A DNA stretch of 64,000 nucleotides from an uncultured Clostridia bacterium. Its GTDB lineage: Bacteria; Bacillota; Clostridia; Christensenellales; UBA3700. Below, one piece after another: positions 9,114-18,092 of this stretch. The stretch lies in assembly GCA_947246685.1 (NCBI GenBank), contig CAMXSN010000001.1:139361-203360 (forward strand), in the 5' to 3' direction. The notes below the pieces were generated by a model. It was not told where the DNA came from. It was given only the letters and a program-made list of their open reading frames with translations, and made no database searches. Within the stretch, counting starts at the first letter, position 1, and the number at the start of each line of letters is the position of its first letter. A program made the position numbers and the translations under genes.

Positions 9114-9932
9114 ATGGCGACCGAATTTACTTACAAAGATCTGGCGGTACTTTATGAAGACAATCACGTTATAGTGGTGGTCAAACCTTGCAACGTTCCT
9201 TCGCAGGCGGACGACTCCAACGATAAGGATATGTTGAGCATTGTCAAAGAGTACGTTGCGGATAAATATAACAAAGAAGGCGAAGCATACGTCGGATTGG
9301 TGCATAGATTGGACAGACCGACAGGCGGCGTTATGGTGTTTGCGAGAACGTCCAAAGCCGCTGCTCGATTGGGCGAAGAAATCAAAAACGGCGAATTTGA
9401 GAAAAAATATTTATGTGTGACCTGCGGCGTGCCGAAACAACGCAATGGTCAACTTAGACATTATTTGAAGAAAAATCAGGCAAAAAATATCGTTCAGGTC
9501 GTACCTCAGGCAACCGACGGAGCCAAACTTGCAATATTGGATTATTCGTTCGTGCAACAGGTCGAAGGTTTTTCGCTGTTCAAAATACAGTTGCATACAG
9601 GCCGTTCTCATCAGATCAGAGTGCAGATGGCGTCTCTCGGACTGCCGTTGTTCGGCGATAGCAAATACGGCGCATATCCGTCGACGTTTAGACATAATCT
9701 AGGACTTTGGGCTTGCGAGTTGAAATTCGTTCATCCCGTCAAGAAAGAAAAAATGACGTTTATCGTTCATCCGCCGAAAGACGAAGTGCCTTGGAGAGCA
9801 TACGATATACCGAGAATTCTCAACGTAGGCATTGCCGCAAATCCGTACGAAGATATGGCTAATTTCAACGTATTGCAAGACAAGACGAAATCTCTTATCA
9901 AAGAGGAAAACAAAAGCGGCGGAAAAAACTGA
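9114..9932 (+). CDS. RluA-family pseudouridine synthase
   Basis: Catalytic motif HRLDRPTGGVMVFART and HTGRSHQIRVQ. Confidence 0.85.
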   Translation: MATEFTYKDLAVLYEDNHVIVVVKPCNVPSQADDSNDKDMLSIVKEYVADKYNKEGEAYVGLVHRLDRPTGGVMVFARTSKAAARLGEEIKNGEFEKKYLCVTCGVPKQRNGQLRHYLKKNQAKNIVQVVPQATDGAKLAILDYSFVQQVEGFSLFKIQLHTGRSHQIRVQMASLGLPLFGDSKYGAYPSTFRHNLGLWACELKFVHPVKKEKMTFIVHPPKDEVPWRAYDIPRILNVGIAANPYEDMANFNVLQDKTKSLIKEENKSGGKN

Positions 9933-9952
9933 CGCTAAGCAGGGCGGAATCA

Positions 9953-9987
9953 AAAAAATAAACAGTCTTTGACAAGGCTGTTTTTTC
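9953..9987. terminator. bidirectional intrinsic terminator (rluA-like gene / Na-Pi transporter)
   Basis: A-run, then ACAGTCTT-tgac-AAGGCTGT, then T6. Confidence 0.7.
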
Positions 9988-10016
9988 ATACAAAAAAAGT
10001 AATTGCGGCTGGGATA

Positions 10017-11873
10017 TTATTCGTCTTTGCTATCGTTGCTGCTGACTTGTGCGGTCGCGATAATCTCATCGCTTTTGCCGCTGTCAACTGCATTGTCGGA
10101 AATCTCTGCAACATTCTCGGAAGTGTTGCTGTCGGAGACGTCGGCAATAGTTTGGTTATTTTGCGACGGAGCGTCCGCATCCTTGACGTTGACTTTTGTC
10201 TTAACGGGCGCCGATATGTAAGTGGTCATGCTGTTGAACACGTTGCGGAAGTGGTCGGCGATACGTTCCAAATTGCTTACGGTAGAGAGGAATATTCCTC
10301 CGGTTTCCGAGGAGCACTCGTTGTTGTGAAGTCTTGCCACGTGATTTTTTGCGAAAGTATCTTCATAGGTGTCTACGAGATCTTCATAGCCTTCGACTTC
10401 TTCTTTCAGAGCAAGACTTTTTTGTTCAAACGCGGCAATCACATTGTCGTAAAGACTGTCGACGGCTCCTTTCATCGTCATAATTTCCTGTATGGCTACT
10501 TCGGAAAAATTAAGTTTGTATTCGACTAGCTCTTTAGCCGCCTCGCAGATATTTTCCGCATAGTCTCCGACTCTCTCGATATCGGATATAGCGTGATAAT
10601 ACGACGCAATTTCTTTCTCTTCTTTATAAGATATATCTTTTGCGGATATCTTGACTGCGAATTTGGTAAGCTTTTTATTGAGATAGTCTATATGTTTTTC
10701 CCTTTGAGAAAATTCCTCTTCTTTGGAAAAATCCAGTTTTGTCAGCATATCGGTGGATAGATCGAGATTTGTCTTTGCCAACAACGCCATAGATACTATT
10801 TCTTTTCTCAGCATTAGCAGAGCAATGGGAGGCGTTTTGAGGATTCTCTCGTCAATATATGCAAATTTCTTTTCTTCGCTTTCTTCGGGCTGTTTCTTTT
10901 TGTCGCGTACGAGCAGTGTGGCAAGTTTTGTCAGACCTCCTGTGAAGGGCACGAGAAGCAACGTCGCAATGATGTTGAACAGAGTATGGAACATTGCTAT
11001 TTGGGTGCTAGGTTGGTCGAATGCTTTCGCCAGCCAATAATCAAATGCGAGTTTTGGAGAGATAAGCGGCGCAATAAAAATGTATATCAGGAATATTGCA
11101 GTGCCGAACACGTTGAAAAGCAAGTGGATTACCGAGGCGCGTTTTGCGTTGGTGTTGGCCCCGATAGACGCGAGCATAGCCGTAACGCACGTGCCGATAT
11201 TTATTCCCAAAGTGACGAAAATAGCGCTTCTCAGCGACATCAGTTGGGTTGCGCCTTGCACTGAGCACAGTGTGATGAGTATCGACGTCGTCGCAGACGA
11301 AGACTGAATGAGCGCTGTCAGCACCAGACCGATCAGCATAAGCAATATAGGGTGCTTAACCGTAGAAAGTATATTTATCACCGTTTCGTTGGTACTGAAA
11401 GTCTCCATCGCTTCCGACATAAATCTCATACCGACGAATATTACGCCGATGCCGCTGATCAAAAGACCCGATTTGGCGATTTTGTCTTTGTTTGACATTG
11501 CCATAAACGCGCCGACGCAGGCGAGAGCAGTGAGGAAAGGAGTTATCGGCAGACTTTGCAACGCGGTGATCTGCGCTGTGATAGTAGTACCTATATTCGC
11601 GCCCATAATTATGCTCGTAGCTTGTTTGAGCGTCATCATACCGGCGTTGACGAAACCAACGACCATAACCGTAGTCGCGGAAGAAGATTGAATAACCGCC
11701 GTAATTCCCGCGCCGGTGGCTATTCCCATAAATCTGTTGTTGGATACTTTGTTAAAAAGAGGTTTTAAGCGATTGCCGGCAATGTTTTGCAAGTTGTCGC
11801 CCATCATTTTCAGACCCACCAAAAAGGTGCCTAAACCGCCCAATAAGAGAAGTATTGAAGTAAATAGATTCAT
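10017..11873 (-). CDS. Na+/phosphate cotransporter family protein with PhoU-like domain and an acidic low-complexity C-terminal tail
   Basis: Duplicated Na_Pi_cotrans motifs (GANIGTT, GINIGTC). Central and C-terminal PhoU-like helices (ISDIERVGDYAENI, SNLERIADHFRNV). The last ~70 aa are Ser/Asp/Asn-rich. Confidence 0.85.
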   Translation of the reverse strand: MNLFTSILLLLGGLGTFLVGLKMMGDNLQNIAGNRLKPLFNKVSNNRFMGIATGAGITAVIQSSSATTVMVVGFVNAGMMTLKQATSIIMGANIGTTITAQITALQSLPITPFLTALACVGAFMAMSNKDKIAKSGLLISGIGVIFVGMRFMSEAMETFSTNETVINILSTVKHPILLMLIGLVLTALIQSSSATTSILITLCSVQGATQLMSLRSAIFVTLGINIGTCVTAMLASIGANTNAKRASVIHLLFNVFGTAIFLIYIFIAPLISPKLAFDYWLAKAFDQPSTQIAMFHTLFNIIATLLLVPFTGGLTKLATLLVRDKKKQPEESEEKKFAYIDERILKTPPIALLMLRKEIVSMALLAKTNLDLSTDMLTKLDFSKEEEFSQREKHIDYLNKKLTKFAVKISAKDISYKEEKEIASYYHAISDIERVGDYAENICEAAKELVEYKLNFSEVAIQEIMTMKGAVDSLYDNVIAAFEQKSLALKEEVEGYEDLVDTYEDTFAKNHVARLHNNECSSETGGIFLSTVSNLERIADHFRNVFNSMTTYISAPVKTKVNVKDADAPSQNNQTIADVSDSNTSENVAEISDNAVDSGKSDEIIATAQVSSNDSKDE

Positions 11874-11882
11874 ATCGTCACT

Positions 11883-11891
11883 ATTATATCA
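11883..11891 (-). promoter_or_regulatory. extended -10 element (TGATATAAT) 9 nt upstream of the Na/Pi cotransporter ATG
   Basis: The reverse complement of 11883-11891 reads TGATATAAT. There is no SD between it and the ATG at 11873. Confidence 0.35.
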
Positions 11892-12045
11892 TAATTATTT
11901 CAAAAAGGCACGCGAAATACGGGGAAAATCAAAAATTTATCCATATTTTACTTATTATATCCATAAATATAAAAATATATTGCAGCATTTAGTGCCGATT
12001 TGTCCATAAATTTTAGCATATATAATAAGTATATATATTAAAAAA

Positions 12046-12057
12046 TTGATATATCAA
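12046..12057. repeat. perfect 12-bp palindrome TTGATATATCAA
   Basis: Self-complementary. The half-site TTGATATAT recurs at 12097-12105, inside the neighbouring inverted repeat. Confidence 0.75.
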
Positions 12058-12069
12058 CTCATAATGCTA

Positions 12070-12111
12070 GCGCAAATATATAAATAATTTGAGTTTTTGA
12101 TATATTTGCGC
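12070..12111. repeat. perfect 12-bp inverted repeat with an 18-nt spacer in the Na/Pi-polA intergenic region
   Basis: GCGCAAATATAT (12070-12081) and ATATATTTGCGC (12100-12111). Confidence 0.8.
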
Positions 12112-12161
12112 CGATATACTTTTTATAAATATGCCGAATAATACATTATATTAAATAATAA

Positions 12162-12190
12162 TTGAAATTATATACATTTTAAGGTATAAT
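12162..12190 (+). promoter_or_regulatory. sigma-A-type promoter for polA-coaE
   Basis: TTGAAA (12162-12167), 17-nt spacer, TATAAT (12185-12190). Confidence 0.5.
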
Positions 12191-12208
12191 TAATATCGTG
12201 AGGTAAAA

Positions 12209-14776
12209 ATGGACAGACTTATACTTTTGGACTCTAACAGTCTTATCAACAGAGCTTATTACGCTCTTCCCAATCTTACGAATCATTCGGGACAGTATAC
12301 GGGCGCGATATTCGGATATTTGAATATGCTTATCAAGATCAACGATACTTATAGACCTACGCACATAATCGCGACTTTCGATAGGAAAGCGCCTACTTTC
12401 AGAAAGGCGTTATACGACGGTTATAAAGCGACGAGAAAACCTATGCCTCACGAATTGGCAAGCCAGCTACAGCCGCTCAAAGATATATTGACGGCTATGC
12501 GTATCCCGATCGTAGAGATGGACGGTTACGAGGCAGACGACGTAATCGGCACGTTGGCAAAAAGATTCGATACGCAGACATTTATAGTCACGGGAGACAA
12601 AGATTCCTTGCAGCTCATTGACGAGACGACGGCGGTTTTGCTTACCAAGAAGGGAATTACCGAAATCGCGCATTACGACGAGCAGATGCTTGCGAGCGAA
12701 GGGCTCGTTCCGTCTCAGATTGTCGATCTTAAATCGCTCATGGGCGACGCGTCGGATAATATTCCCGGAGTGGCGGGCGTAGGAGAGAAGACGGCTCGCG
12801 ACTTGTTGGCCAAGTATAAGACTTTGGACGGCGTTTATCAACATATAGATGAGATAAAAGGTAAATTGAGAGAGAAATTGGAGAGTTGCAAAGATATGGC
12901 TTATCTTTCGTACGATTTGGCGACGATCAACGTCAATTCTCCCGTTGATTTTCCCGATCTTGACGCCGCAAAAACGGTTAATTGCTATTCTCACGAGGTT
13001 AAGCGGTTGCTTAAAGAGCTCGAATTGACCAAAATCGTAGACAGACTTACTTTTGACGGAGAAGCCGGCTCTGACGTTAACAATCAGGAGCAATACGCAA
13101 ATTTACCTGACGTCAAAGACGTGGAAAATTTGGAAATGCTCGGAGAGGTAATAGCGCATATCCTGATGCAGGGCAGATTCTCATTCAGTCTCGGCGACAG
13201 AATTACCGTCGCGACGGACGAGGAATGTTTTAATATAGTCATTGCGGACAATCTTTTGGGCGAGGGAATAAATTATTCGGATTTTATCGGCGCGATGAAA
13301 GGCGTTTTCGAGAGTGAAAAAATAATAAAAATCTGTTATGATTATAAGAATATACTCCACGTGTTGCACAAAGACGGAGTGGGGCTCAAAGGCGTAAAAT
13401 CAGACGTTTTGCTCAAAGCATATCTTGTCGACGCCAACCGCAATTATAAGTCGGAAAAAGAGCTGTTCAACGCTTACAATCTTCCCGACGGAGAGGAAGC
13501 GTCGCTTTTATATCATATAGATACTATTATCGACGGCGAATTGAAAGAGAGAAATCTTGCGGACTTGTATCAGAATGTGGAACTGCCTCTTGTCGAAGTG
13601 CTTTTCGATATGGAAATTCAAGGTTTTAGAGTAGACCTCGCTATCCTCAACGAACTCAAAGACAAATATTCCAAAGAGCTGGACAGTCTTTATAAAGAGA
13701 TAATGGAGTATGCAGGCAAACCGTTCAACGTCAACTCAACCAAACAGTTGGCGAGCGTGCTTTTTGAAGATTTGGGTTTGAAAAGCGGCAAAAAGACAAA
13801 GTCGGGTTATTCGACAAACGTGGAAGTGCTCAATTCGATAAAGAACCAACATCCTATAGTTCCGCTTATTTTGAGACAGAGAGAATTGTCCAAGCTCAAA
13901 TCGACTTATCTAGACGGCATGTTGCCGCTAATTGACAGTAAGAATAAAATACACACGATATTCAAGCAGACCGTCACTTCGACCGGGCGACTGTCTTCGA
14001 CCGAACCTAATTTGCAGAATATCCCCATAAGGAAGTCCGACGGCAAACAAATTCGCAGGATGTTTATCGCTAGCGAGGGCAATACGCTCGTATGCGCCGA
14101 TTATTCTCAGATCGAACTGAGACTTATGGCGGAATTTAGCGGCGACGAAACCATGATAGACGCATTTAACAACAACGTAGATATTCACGCTACCACAGCT
14201 TCAAAAGTTTTCGGAGTGCCGATTGAGATGGTCACGGCAGATATGCGCCGACAGGCAAAAGCCGTCAATTTCGGAATAATTTACGGTATAAGCGATTTCG
14301 GGCTTTCCGAAGATCTGGGCGTTCCGGTGTATAAGGCAAGAGAATTTATTTCGGGTTATTTCGCTACCTATCCAAAGGTAAAACAATATATGGAAAGTTG
14401 CGTGGAAAAGGCAAAGGAGCAAGGTTACGTCACGACATATCTCAACCGACGCAGAGAGATTCCCGAGCTGAAATCATCTAATTACAATCTGCGGAATTTC
14501 GGGGAAAGGGCGGCTATGAATATGCCGTTGCAGGGCAGCGCGAGCGATATTATCAAAGTTGCTATGCTCAGAGTTCATGCGGCGCTCAAAGAAAGCGGAT
14601 ACAAAGCAAAACTTATAATGCAGGTTCATGACGAACTGATTATCGACTGTCCGACGGAAGAAAAAGACGCGGTCAAAAAATTGTTGGTAGATTGTATGCA
14701 AAATATCACGACCGATTTCAAGGTCAAAATGATTGCCGACTGCAGCGACGGCGATAATTGGTTGGAGGCGAAATAA
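12209..14776 (+). CDS. polA: DNA polymerase I
   Basis: 5'-nuclease N-terminus. Polymerase motif A DYSQIELR, motif B RRQAKAVNFGIIYG, motif C QVHDEL. Confidence 0.95.
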   Translation: MDRLILLDSNSLINRAYYALPNLTNHSGQYTGAIFGYLNMLIKINDTYRPTHIIATFDRKAPTFRKALYDGYKATRKPMPHELASQLQPLKDILTAMRIPIVEMDGYEADDVIGTLAKRFDTQTFIVTGDKDSLQLIDETTAVLLTKKGITEIAHYDEQMLASEGLVPSQIVDLKSLMGDASDNIPGVAGVGEKTARDLLAKYKTLDGVYQHIDEIKGKLREKLESCKDMAYLSYDLATINVNSPVDFPDLDAAKTVNCYSHEVKRLLKELELTKIVDRLTFDGEAGSDVNNQEQYANLPDVKDVENLEMLGEVIAHILMQGRFSFSLGDRITVATDEECFNIVIADNLLGEGINYSDFIGAMKGVFESEKIIKICYDYKNILHVLHKDGVGLKGVKSDVLLKAYLVDANRNYKSEKELFNAYNLPDGEEASLLYHIDTIIDGELKERNLADLYQNVELPLVEVLFDMEIQGFRVDLAILNELKDKYSKELDSLYKEIMEYAGKPFNVNSTKQLASVLFEDLGLKSGKKTKSGYSTNVEVLNSIKNQHPIVPLILRQRELSKLKSTYLDGMLPLIDSKNKIHTIFKQTVTSTGRLSSTEPNLQNIPIRKSDGKQIRRMFIASEGNTLVCADYSQIELRLMAEFSGDETMIDAFNNNVDIHATTASKVFGVPIEMVTADMRRQAKAVNFGIIYGISDFGLSEDLGVPVYKAREFISGYFATYPKVKQYMESCVEKAKEQGYVTTYLNRRREIPELKSSNYNLRNFGERAAMNMPLQGSASDIIKVAMLRVHAALKESGYKAKLIMQVHDELIIDCPTEEKDAVKKLLVDCMQNITTDFKVKMIADCSDGDNWLEAK

Positions 14777-15342
14777 TGAAGATTGCCTTGATCGGAGGCA
14801 TAGGCAGCGGAAAAAGCACCGTTTTGGATATTCTTGCCGATATGGGCGAAAACGTCTGCGATTGCGACAAGATATATGACGAGATATGTTCGACGCCCGA
14901 ATACGTGTCGCAGATTTCTCGCGAATTCGGCGCTGTGAAAGACGGCAAAATAGACAGAGGGGTATTGGCAAAAAAAGTTTTCTCCGATCCTTCTCAATTA
15001 AAAAAACTCAACCAATTGGCTCATCCTTTGATATTTGCAAGGTTAAATGAAATATATGCTCGTATGGATTCGGACAGATTGTTTGTGGAAGTATCGGCTT
15101 TTGATGAAAATATGAGAGAATATTTCGACGAAGTCGTCTTGGTGAAAAGTTGCGAGAGCAGTCGCATAAAGAGAGTGATGGAGCGCAACCGAGTAGACGA
15201 AGAATTTATTCGCGCGGTGATCGGCAGGCAGTTAAGCGAACAAAAGATGGAAGACCTTGCCGATTTTGTGATAATCAACGACGGGAACAGAGATGAATTG
15301 GAGTCTCAGATCGAATGGCTGTTGCAATGGTTGGGATATTGA
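14776..15342 (+). CDS. coaE: dephospho-CoA kinase
   Basis: P-loop GGIGSGKST at the N-terminus (MKIALIGGIGSGKST). The ATG overlaps the polA stop (TAATG). polA-coaE is conserved synteny. Confidence 0.85.
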   Translation: MKIALIGGIGSGKSTVLDILADMGENVCDCDKIYDEICSTPEYVSQISREFGAVKDGKIDRGVLAKKVFSDPSQLKKLNQLAHPLIFARLNEIYARMDSDRLFVEVSAFDENMREYFDEVVLVKSCESSRIKRVMERNRVDEEFIRAVIGRQLSEQKMEDLADFVIINDGNRDELESQIEWLLQWLGY

Positions 15343-15365
15343 GTTTTGAAAGAGTAATCAAATAA

Positions 15366-15398
15366 GGGAGCCGAATTCGTTCGGCTCCCGTTTTGTTG
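15366..15398. terminator. intrinsic terminator after coaE (shared with convergent mscS)
   Basis: GGGAGCCGA-attcgt-TCGGCTCCC (9 bp), then GTTTTGTT. Confidence 0.7.
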
Positions 15399-15412
15399 CG
15401 TCAAAGATATTA

Positions 15413-16264
15413 TCAAGCGTCTTTTTCGTCCTGATTTTTGACAACGTGAACGTCGAGTTGGTTGTATGGAATGGAGATTCCGTTTTCGTCAAAAGCCTTT
15501 TTGACGGCTTCCATCATATACCAATGCGCAGTCCAATAGTCATCGAATTTGGTAAAATATCTTGCGAGAATATCTATTGAATGCGCTCCGTGCTCTTTGA
15601 CGTTTACAAACGGAGCAGGGTCGTCGAGAATTACGTCGCAATTTTTAATGCAGTCTAGTATAATCTCTTTGGCTTTTTCGAAGTCGTTGTCATAAGATAT
15701 GCTGAATACTATGTCGTCGCGTCGCGTGCCGGTAGTGCTGTAATTGATTACGGTGCTGTTTCCTGCCACGCCGTTGGGGATGATGACGATTTTGTTTTCT
15801 CCGGTGCGAAGATAAGTGTAGAAAAGTTTGATATCTTCAACTGTACCGCTTTGACCGTTGCATTCGATAAAGTCACCTAATTTGTATGGGCGCATTATTA
15901 TTATAATTACGCCTCCGGCAAAGTTGGACAGCGATCCTTGCAGAGCAAGACCTATCGTGAGTCCCACTGAAGTTATTGCCGCCGCGATACCTGACGTCTC
16001 CACTCCAAGATAGGCGAGTACGCACACAAAGCCGATAAAATAAAGTATTCTTTTCAGCCAAGGAATAGAAAACTTTCTTAAAGTGTCGTCCACGTGCTTT
16101 TTTTGCAGACGTTTGTTGATGCTTTTACAGATGCTTTTTATGACGGCGCAGTAAATAGCGAATACTATCAGCGCCGCAACGATTTTGAGACCTTCTGTAA
16201 CAAGCCAATTACCCACAGTAGTGAGAATGGAAGTAAAATCCAAGTTTGCAGATAAATAAACCAT
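15413..16264 (-). CDS. small-conductance mechanosensitive channel (MscS family)
   Basis: TM helices followed by the MscS beta-domain segment GDFIECNGQSGTVEDIKLFYTYLRTGENKIVIIPNG. I prefer the ATG at 16264 (SD GGGGGA 6-7 nt upstream) over the ORF-track start at 16309, which has no SD. Confidence 0.85.
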   Translation of the reverse strand: MVYLSANLDFTSILTTVGNWLVTEGLKIVAALIVFAIYCAVIKSICKSINKRLQKKHVDDTLRKFSIPWLKRILYFIGFVCVLAYLGVETSGIAAAITSVGLTIGLALQGSLSNFAGGVIIIIMRPYKLGDFIECNGQSGTVEDIKLFYTYLRTGENKIVIIPNGVAGNSTVINYSTTGTRRDDIVFSISYDNDFEKAKEIILDCIKNCDVILDDPAPFVNVKEHGAHSIDILARYFTKFDDYWTAHWYMMEAVKKAFDENGISIPYNQLDVHVVKNQDEKDA

Positions 16265-16452
16265 ATTAATTCCCCCGTATATTGTTATTATTATAATACC
16301 AAAATACATCTAGATTATCAATCAAAACAGTCATATTTATTCAAATAAAACAATATATTTAATAGATTAAGGGCAGAGTTTGGATATTTTCTGTCCATAT
16401 GAAATAACCTTAAACAAATTTTAGCGAATTGAAATAAAATATTCAAAAACGT

Positions 16453-16479
16453 TTGACAAGTTGTTGCTTTTAATATAAT
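16453..16479 (+). promoter_or_regulatory. putative promoter of tRNA-Leu
   Basis: TTGACA (16453-16458) and TATAAT (16474-16479), but the spacer is only 15 nt. It lies 20 nt upstream of the tRNA 5' end. Confidence 0.35.
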
Positions 16480-16498
16480 ATTAGGTATGCAATCATTT

Positions 16499-16581
16499 GC
16501 GGTCATGGCGGAATAGGCAGACGCGTACGTTTGAGGGGCGTATGGGAGACCATCCGGGTTCAAGTCCCGGTGACCGCACCA
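16499..16581 (+). tRNA. tRNA-Leu (anticodon GAG), type II with long variable arm, CCA encoded
   Basis: I folded it by hand. Acceptor GCGGTCA/TGACCGC. 3-bp D stem. Anticodon stem TACGT/GCGTA with loop TTGAGGG (GAG at 16533-16535). 11-nt variable arm. T arm CCGGG-TTCAAGT-CCCGG. Discriminator A plus CCA. Confidence 0.93.
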
Positions 16582-16610
16582 TAACAAGGGTATACGAACG
16601 CCCAGATTGA

Positions 16611-16640
16611 GAAACCGAATTTTCGGTTTCTTTTTCTTTT
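16611..16640 (+). terminator. intrinsic terminator after tRNA-Leu
   Basis: GAAACCGA-attt-TCGGTTTC, then TTTTTCTTTT. Confidence 0.75.
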
Positions 16641-16947
16641 GCGCTATTTTGTCCGCGCCGCCGCTCCCGTCGTGCCCGAATAAAATCAAATTCAAAGCAG
16701 TTCGTTTTTCTGCTTGTTGTCATACCGCATAACTAAAAAATGAACATATCGAAAAATGTCTTGCGTATTTTGTCTTTGAGTAATCGATTTACAACAAAAG
16801 AGTGTCCGAAATTTTACCGCGCTAATGTTGTTTATTGAAATTTTAATAAATGCAACTCAAAGTTTACATTTTGAAACGCAAAGTTGGTGGTGTTCTTAAT
16901 AAAAACATTGTATAATGAGAGCATAAATTTATTACTTGGAGGCCTTT

Positions 16948-17793
16948 ATGAAATTAGGTGAAAAACTTGCTAGGGCTCGTAAAGAAAAAAATATAACGCA
17001 AGAGCAACTCGCTGCCAGTCTCGGTGTTTCAAGACAATCGATAAGTAAATGGGAATCAGATGTAGCATACCCAGAAACAGACAAACTGATTCGTATGAGT
17101 GAATTGTTTGATTGTTCGCTTGATTACTTGCTAAAAGAAAGTATAACAAAAACAGAAGAGAAAACAGAAGCGACTAACACGCAAGGAACGACTGTTACAT
17201 CGCGGTGTTTATCTATAAGCAAAATATTCAATTATGAATACAAGTCAAAAAGAACTTTGGGCGGTGTTCCATTAGTTCATATAAATATAGGCAAAGGAAA
17301 AACCGCAAAAGGTGTAGTTGCTATCGGTTTTAAGTCTGTTGGAGTTGTTTCATTAGGACTCTTGTCAATAGGGGTATTATCTTTTGGGTTATTAGCGTTG
17401 GGTTTGCTCGGTTTGGGGATATTGGGGATTGGCATTTTCGGCTTTGGAGCATTCGCATTGGGGGTAATAAGCGGTGGCGCAATATCAGTTGGAATTATAT
17501 CATTTGGCGCAATTTCAGTTGGCGTTATGTCTTGCGGGGCGATTTCAATAGGGCAATTTGCAGTAGGAGCATTGGCAAAAGGACATTATTTTGCTTTTGG
17601 TGACAATGCAACGGCAATGGTGGCGCTTGGGGCAACAAAAGCCAGCGGGACACTCTATACGCATTTTACAGGGATACAAAACAGTTTCGTCGGCTATGAA
17701 ACGGATACGGTAATTTCGATTTTAGAGAGCAATGTGCCGTCAGCATTAAAATGGTTTATGAATATAGCTTTGTCGATAGTTGGAATTCAATAG
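16948..17793 (+). CDS. XRE-family HTH regulator fused to a Gly-punctuated hydrophobic pentad-repeat membrane domain
   Basis: N-terminal HTH_3 (ITQEQLAASLGVSRQSISKWE). ATG at 16948 is preceded by GGAGG. The C-terminal half contains ~18 consecutive xxxxG units (VVSLG LLSIG VLSFG LLALG ...). Confidence 0.8.
   Translation: MKLGEKLARARKEKNITQEQLAASLGVSRQSISKWESDVAYPETDKLIRMSELFDCSLDYLLKESITKTEEKTEATNTQGTTVTSRCLSISKIFNYEYKSKRTLGGVPLVHINIGKGKTAKGVVAIGFKSVGVVSLGLLSIGVLSFGLLALGLLGLGILGIGIFGFGAFALGVISGGAISVGIISFGAISVGVMSCGAISIGQFAVGALAKGHYFAFGDNATAMVALGATKASGTLYTHFTGIQNSFVGYETDTVISILESNVPSALKWFMNIALSIVGIQ
17311..17583 (+). repeat. 15-nt-periodic coding repeat (about 18 tandem xxxxG pentads) inside the XRE-family gene
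   Basis: Translation reads GVVAIG FKSVG VVSLG LLSIG VLSFG LLALG LLGLG ILGIG IFGFG AFALG VISGG AISVG IISFG AISVG VMSCG AISIG QFAVG ALAKG. Confidence 0.8.
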
Positions 17794-18004
17794 TTGAAAT
17801 TGGATATGTGTTATATGTATAAACATATATGCGGAATTATTGCCAGATAAATAGCAAACAGAAAGGCTGTCAAAGCGTATTTATGAAACCGCTATGAAAG
17901 CCATAGCAAGCCGTGAACGATTACCGCTAATTGCTTGCCTTACAGTTTGTAGTCCGACAACGGTAATTCCACCGCACTATATAAAAGTCGGTGCACCATA
18001 TAAT

Positions 18005-18038
18005 AAAAAAGACAACGAGTTTTGTTCGTTGTCTTTTT
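18005..18038. terminator. bidirectional terminator between the XRE gene and the hydrolase gene
   Basis: A6, then GACAACGA-gttttgt-TCGTTGTC, then T5. Confidence 0.7.
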
Positions 18039-18092
18039 CTATATACAGTCTAAGAATTATTGTAAGAGGTATATTTTTATGAGAGTAATTCG

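Noticed and set aside
9969-10529. 186-aa plus-strand ORF opposite the 3' part of the Na/Pi transporter gene.
   Set aside because: It is a codon-complementary shadow ORF, and it begins inside the bidirectional terminator.
13100-13700. The PolA central 3'-5' exonuclease-like region lacks an obvious DxE Exo I motif.
   Set aside because: A degenerate, inactive proofreading domain is the norm for Firmicute Pol I, so this is not unusual.
16318-16723. Two minus-strand ORFs (125 and 76 aa) spanning the tRNA-Leu locus.
   Set aside because: They run antisense through a well-folding tRNA and its terminator. They have no SD and are spurious.
17894-18082. 62-aa ORF in the XRE-hydrolase intergenic region. 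I also wondered whether 17.83-18.0 kb holds an integrase remnant or an sRNA, because of a small hairpin GCTATG-aaagc-CATAGC and a repeated ACCGCTA.
   Set aside because: The ORF reads straight through the bidirectional terminator and has no SD. I could not recognise any recombinase-like translation in any frame, and the small repeats are too short to interpret.
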